DNA of 64,000 nt, taken from an uncultured Chloroflexia bacterium. Its GTDB lineage: Bacteria > Chloroflexota > Limnocylindria > Limnocylindrales > CSP1-4. The stretch covers positions 192,001-256,000 of the forward strand of contig CAVYBU010000002.1 in NCBI GenBank assembly GCA_963766735.1. The letters run 5' to 3'. Position numbers and translations under genes: made by a program. Shown here in pieces: positions 59,646-64,000 of the stretch (its first letter is position 1; every line of letters starts with the position of its first letter). The notes below the pieces were generated by a model, which was given only the letters and a program-made list of their open reading frames with translations, had not been told where the DNA came from and ran no database searches.

Positions 59646-62600
59646 GTGCGGCACGGTGACGTCGTGCCCCGCAAACCGACGCCCGCCGCTCTCCAGACCG
59701 TCACCGGCGCAGCGCCGGTCGAACGGCCCCGTCGCGTGAGACGGCGTGTCGGGCGGGGCGATCCGGCGCCCCTGGTCCAGATCCCCGTCTGGGGTGCAGT
59801 GGAGGCGCCGACCGAGGAAGTCCCCGCCCCGGGGGGCACGGACGAGCTGCTGGCCGGGCTCAATCCAGAGCAGCGTCGCGCGGTCATGCACGGTGATGGG
59901 CCGCTGCTGGTCGTCGCCGGTGCGGGCACCGGCAAGACACAGGTCATCACTCGCCGCATCTCGTGGCTGATCGCCACCCGCCGGGCTAGGCCGTCCGAGA
60001 TCCTCGCGCTCACCTTCACGGACCAGGCGGCCGATGAGATGCAGGTCCGGGTGGACCAGCTCGTCCCGTACGGCTACACGGACACCGCGATTTCCACGTT
60101 CCACGCCTTCGGGGATCGCCTGGTGCGGGAGTTCGCGCTCGAGCTGGGCCTGCCGGCCGATGTGCGCGTGCTGTCCCGGCCGGAGACCGTGGTCTTCATG
60201 CGGGAGCACCTGTTCGAGTTCGAGCTGGACGAGTACCGACCGCTCGGCGACCCGACGAGGTTCCTGGACGCGCTGGCGACGCTGTTCTCCCGGGCGAAGG
60301 ACGAGGACGTCTTGCCGGATGCCTACCTTGCCTACGCCGCGCAGCTGGCCGAGGGCGCGGCGGCGGCCTCGGTCTCCGTCGAGGCCCGGGGCGATGCGGC
60401 AACGGAGACGGAGCGAGATGCCGCCGCGGCGCTCGAGGAGGAGGCGCGCAGGCAGGGCGAGCTGGCCCGCGCCTATGCGCGCTACCAGTCGCTGCTCGCC
60501 GCCAGCGGTGCCATCGACTTCGGGGACCAGGTATCGCTGGCCCTCCGGCTTCTGCGGGAGTCGCCGGCGGCCCGCGAGGTCGTCCAGCAGCGCTTCCGGT
60601 ATGTCCTGGTGGACGAGTTCCAGGACACCAACCGGGCCCAGGCGGAGCTGGTCGCCCTCGTCGCTCAGCGCCATCGCAACGTGACGGTGGTCGGGGACGA
60701 CGACCAGTCGATCTACAAGTTCCGGGGCGCCGCCATCAGCAACATCCTGGAGTTCCGGGAGCGGTACCGCAACGCGAAGGTCGTGGTGCTGAGGCGGAAC
60801 TACCGATCCCGGACGCCCATCCTGGAGGCCTCGTACCGCCTGGTCCGCCACAACGACCCGGATCGGCTGGAAGTCCGTGCCGGCATCGTCAAGAAGCTGG
60901 TGGCAGAGCGGGGAGGCGACGGAGCGTCCGCGGTCCGCCACGAGGCCTTCGCCACCGGCGCCGAGGAGGCGGACTGGACCGCCCGGGACATCTCGCGCCG
61001 GATCCGGGATGGAGCGCGCCCGCAGGACGTGGCCATCCTTGTCCGCTCCAACGCGGCCGCGGATCCGGTCCTGCGATCGCTCAACCTGGAGGGGATCCCG
61101 TGGCGGTTCTCCGGGACCAGCGGCCTGTACGCGAGGCCGGAGGTCAAGCTCCTCCTCGCCTTCCTCAGGGTGATGGCGGATCCGGCCTCGTCCGTGGACG
61201 TGTACGCGCTCGCGGCCTCCGAGCTCTACGGCCTCGGCGGGACGGACCTGGTGGACATCGTGCAGATGGCGAGGCGCCGGAACCGGTCCGTGTTCGAGAT
61301 CCTGGAGGAGCTCGGCCGCCAGCCGGGGATCCTGCGGCTCCGTCCGGACACGCGGGCTGCAGCGGCCCGGCTGGTCGCGGACCTCCAGGCGTACGTGGAG
61401 CTTGCCCACCAGCGCCCCGCGGGCGAGGTCGTCTATGCGTTCCTCAAGGGGACCGGCTGGCTCAAGCGTCTCGCGGAGGCGGAGACCGTGGCGGCCGAGG
61501 AGGCGCTGTCGAACATCGCCCGCTTCTTCGACATCATCCGCGCCCAGTCAGCCCTCCTCGCCGACGATCGGGCCGTGTTCGTCGCGCGGCACCTCCAGAC
61601 GCTGATCCAGGCGGGGGACGACCCGCCCACCGCTGACATCGACCCGGACGCGAACGCGGTGGCCGTGATGACCGTTCACAAGGCGAAGGGTCGGGAGTTC
61701 CCGTTCGTGTACCTGCCCGGGCTGGTCAGCGGACGCTTCCCGGCCGTGGGGCGCCGCGAGCCGCTGGGCCTGCCGCTGCCGCTGGTCAACGAGACGCTGC
61801 CGGAGGGCGACTACCAGCTCCAGGAAGAGCGTCGGCTGTTCTACGTCGGCATGACGCGGGCGCGGGACGAGCTGGTGCTGTCGCACGCGGCGGACTACGG
61901 CGGCCAGCGGGCCCGGCGTGTGTCGCCCTTCGTGCTGGAGGCGCTCGACCTCCCGGTGGCGTCGGGCACGGCCGGAGCGGGCGCGAAGTCGTCTTCGCCC
62001 CTGGAGCGGATGGCGAGCCTCGAACGCACGCAAGCTGTCCCAACGGAGGCGGCCCTCAGGGCGGCGAGGGCGCCGTCCGGTGAGCCGCTGATGCTCTCCT
62101 TCTACGCGATCGACGACTACCTGACCTGCCCACTCAAGTACAAGTTCGCGCACCTGCTCCGGGTTCCACTGGCGCCGCACCACTCGATCATCTACGGCTC
62201 GGCTCTTCACGCCGCCGTCTCCGAGTTCCACAAGCGCCACGCACGCGGCGACGTGATGAGCGAGGACGCGCTGGTCGAGGCGTTCACCGCGGCCTGGAGG
62301 AACGAGGGCTTCCTCTCGCGCGAGCACGAGGAGGCACGACTCGCGGCGGGACGCGCGGCACTGCACCGGTTCCGCGAGGAGCAGCTGGCGCCGGGCGCCG
62401 TGATCCCCGCCTACGTGGAGAGGGAGTTCAGCTTCATGCTGGACGGCGACCGCGTCCGCGGCCGGTACGACCGGGTGGACATCACGCCGCGGGCGCCGGG
62501 GGATGACGCGCCGGACGCGGACGGCTGCGCGCCGGCCGAGCCGGCCTCCGGTGCCGACGTGATCGAGCCCACGCTGGGGCTGGCGCCTGAGCGGGTCGTC

Positions 62601-62921
62601 ATCACGGACTACAAGTCCTCCGACGTGCGGGACCCGGTGAAGGCTCGCCAGCGCGCCAAGGACTCCCTGCAGCTCTCGATCTACGCGATGGGCTACGAGG
62701 CGATGACCGGCCGCCTGCCGGACGCCGTTGCCCTCCACTTCCTGGAGTCGGGCCTCGTGGGAACGGCGCCGGTGCAGCGCAAGCGCATCGAGAAGGCGCG
62801 CGAGTCGGTCAGGTCCGCCGCCGCGGGCATCAGGGCTCGGGATTTCGCGGCGACGCCGGGCCACATGTCCTGCACCTACTGCGCCTTCCGGGAGATCTGC
62901 CCGTCCAGCGCGGTCCGCTGA
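59646..62921 (+). CDS. UvrD/PcrA-like SF1 helicase fused to PD-(D/E)xK nuclease with Fe-S cysteines (AdnAB/AddAB-like)
   Basis: AGAGTGKT, VDEFQDTN, GDDDQSIY, NYRS, TVHKAKG, EERRLFYVGMTRA; nuclease GRYDRVD..DYKS..QLSIY; Cys in YLTCP and CTYC..IC; start uncertain. Confidence 0.92.
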   Translation: MRHGDVVPRKPTPAALQTVTGAAPVERPRRVRRRVGRGDPAPLVQIPVWGAVEAPTEEVPAPGGTDELLAGLNPEQRRAVMHGDGPLLVVAGAGTGKTQVITRRISWLIATRRARPSEILALTFTDQAADEMQVRVDQLVPYGYTDTAISTFHAFGDRLVREFALELGLPADVRVLSRPETVVFMREHLFEFELDEYRPLGDPTRFLDALATLFSRAKDEDVLPDAYLAYAAQLAEGAAAASVSVEARGDAATETERDAAAALEEEARRQGELARAYARYQSLLAASGAIDFGDQVSLALRLLRESPAAREVVQQRFRYVLVDEFQDTNRAQAELVALVAQRHRNVTVVGDDDQSIYKFRGAAISNILEFRERYRNAKVVVLRRNYRSRTPILEASYRLVRHNDPDRLEVRAGIVKKLVAERGGDGASAVRHEAFATGAEEADWTARDISRRIRDGARPQDVAILVRSNAAADPVLRSLNLEGIPWRFSGTSGLYARPEVKLLLAFLRVMADPASSVDVYALAASELYGLGGTDLVDIVQMARRRNRSVFEILEELGRQPGILRLRPDTRAAAARLVADLQAYVELAHQRPAGEVVYAFLKGTGWLKRLAEAETVAAEEALSNIARFFDIIRAQSALLADDRAVFVARHLQTLIQAGDDPPTADIDPDANAVAVMTVHKAKGREFPFVYLPGLVSGRFPAVGRREPLGLPLPLVNETLPEGDYQLQEERRLFYVGMTRARDELVLSHAADYGGQRARRVSPFVLEALDLPVASGTAGAGAKSSSPLERMASLERTQAVPTEAALRAARAPSGEPLMLSFYAIDDYLTCPLKYKFAHLLRVPLAPHHSIIYGSALHAAVSEFHKRHARGDVMSEDALVEAFTAAWRNEGFLSREHEEARLAAGRAALHRFREEQLAPGAVIPAYVEREFSFMLDGDRVRGRYDRVDITPRAPGDDAPDADGCAPAEPASGADVIEPTLGLAPERVVITDYKSSDVRDPVKARQRAKDSLQLSIYAMGYEAMTGRLPDAVALHFLESGLVGTAPVQRKRIEKARESVRSAAAGIRARDFAATPGHMSCTYCAFREICPSSAVR

Positions 62922-62923
62922 CC

Positions 62924-63814
62924 GTGACCGACCTGGCAGCCGAACTGCGAGTTGCGCTGGCGGAGGTGCTCGCGGGCACCCGCCCCGGAGCCGTGATCGA
63001 GTCCGACAACCTGGACGCGCTCGCCGCCATCCCGGACGGCACGGTTGACCTCGTCTACGCGGACCCGCCGTTCGCGACCGGGGGCGTGCAGCGCCTGACG
63101 TCGATCCGGACGGGATCGGGAGAGCGGACTCGCCGCGGCTTCGGGGGTCGCGAGGTTGCCTGGGAGGTGGTGGGCGAGCAGGCGTGGGCGGACGACCTGC
63201 CGCTCCCCGAGCACCTCGCCTCGATCCGATCACGCCTGATCGAGGTCCACCGCGTGCTGGCGCCCGAGGGTTCGCTGTACCTGCACGTGGACTGGCGGAC
63301 CGTCCACCACGTGCGGCTCCTGCTGGACGAGGTCTTCGGGGCACAGCGATTCCTCAACGAGCTCGTCTGGGCCTACGACTTCGGTGGCCGGACCCGGGAC
63401 CGCTGGCCCCGCAAGCACGACACGATCCTGTGGTACGCGAAGGGCGACGCCTGGACCTTCGAGCGCGACGCCATCGACCGGATCCCGTACATGGCACCCG
63501 GGCTGGTGGGCCCGGAGAAGGCGGCCCGGGGCAAGCTGCCCACGGATGTCTGGTGGATGACAATCGTGCCACCCGGCTCGAAGGAGAGGACGGGCTACCC
63601 GACCCAGAAGCCGGTCCGGCTGCTGGAGCGGATCATCGCTGCGTCCAGCCGGCCGGGGGACCTCGTGCTGGACCCGTACGCCGGGAGCGGCACCACCGGG
63701 GTGGCCGCGGCGAGACTCGGTCGACGGTGGCTGTTGATCGACCGGAACCCCGCAGCGGTGGCGATCGCCCGCGCGCGGCTGGCGGCCGAGGGCGGACCGG
63801 AGGAGACCGGATGA
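62924..63814 (+). CDS. Beta-class N6/N4 DNA methyltransferase
   Basis: DPPF catalytic motif precedes YPTQKP..LLERII and DPYAGSGTT SAM motif. Confidence 0.92.
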   Translation: MTDLAAELRVALAEVLAGTRPGAVIESDNLDALAAIPDGTVDLVYADPPFATGGVQRLTSIRTGSGERTRRGFGGREVAWEVVGEQAWADDLPLPEHLASIRSRLIEVHRVLAPEGSLYLHVDWRTVHHVRLLLDEVFGAQRFLNELVWAYDFGGRTRDRWPRKHDTILWYAKGDAWTFERDAIDRIPYMAPGLVGPEKAARGKLPTDVWWMTIVPPGSKERTGYPTQKPVRLLERIIAASSRPGDLVLDPYAGSGTTGVAAARLGRRWLLIDRNPAAVAIARARLAAEGGPEETG

Positions 63815-64000
63815 TCTCGGCAATCACCCTGGACTTCGGCAACACCCTGGTGCCCGTCTCGGCCGCCGGCCTGCACGGGGTGGTGGCGCACACGGCGCGC
63901 GCGATGGCCGAGCGCCTCGGCACCACCGACGCTGACGAGGTGGTCCGCACCTGGGCCGAGGAGCGCGAGCGCCAGTTCCGCGAGGAGGTGCCGCAGTTCC
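63811..64000 (+). CDS. HAD family hydrolase (3' truncated by window edge)
   Basis: MISAITLDFGNTLV motif I variant; ATGA overlap with the MTase. Confidence 0.7.
   Translation, partial: MISAITLDFGNTLVPVSAAGLHGVVAHTARAMAERLGTTDADEVVRTWAEERERQFREEVPQF

Noticed and set aside
62090-62921. Cas4-like domain as a sign of a CRISPR-Cas locus
   Set aside because: It is the C-terminal nuclease of a UvrD fusion; no cas1/cas2 or array is present in the window.

Overview
Very GC-rich bacterial chromosomal window of mostly housekeeping genes; gene style suggests Chloroflexota, possibly Limnocylindria-like (inference only). It holds about 63 CDS, a tRNA-Leu(UAG) and a Val T-box. Recognisable blocks are xdhC-mocA, potABCD-gabT, Mrp, cinA, tig-clpP-clpX, valS, fhaA-fhaB-rodA-pbpA, moxR-DUF58-transglutaminase, a serine cluster with a collapsed aminotransferase, murJ, rarA and a UvrD-nuclease/DNA-methyltransferase/HAD cluster. 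I saw no CRISPR array, transposase or integrase. The best candidate for an undescribed system is a leader-peptide transcription attenuator at about 9535-9775 (minus strand). It has a uORF and mutually exclusive hairpins and precedes an operon encoding an ABC exporter, a small protein, RsgA and two GNATs, which suggests a translation-stress or antibiotic-inducible ribosome-protection module. Other oddities are an 85-bp gene-head duplication flanking a small cargo gene, a two-TM insertion in the PotB EAA loop, many apparently leaderless genes and frequent micro-tandem duplications. At least five genes carry 1-nt frameshifts, probably sequencing or assembly errors. All product calls come from motif recognition by eye; no database searches were run.
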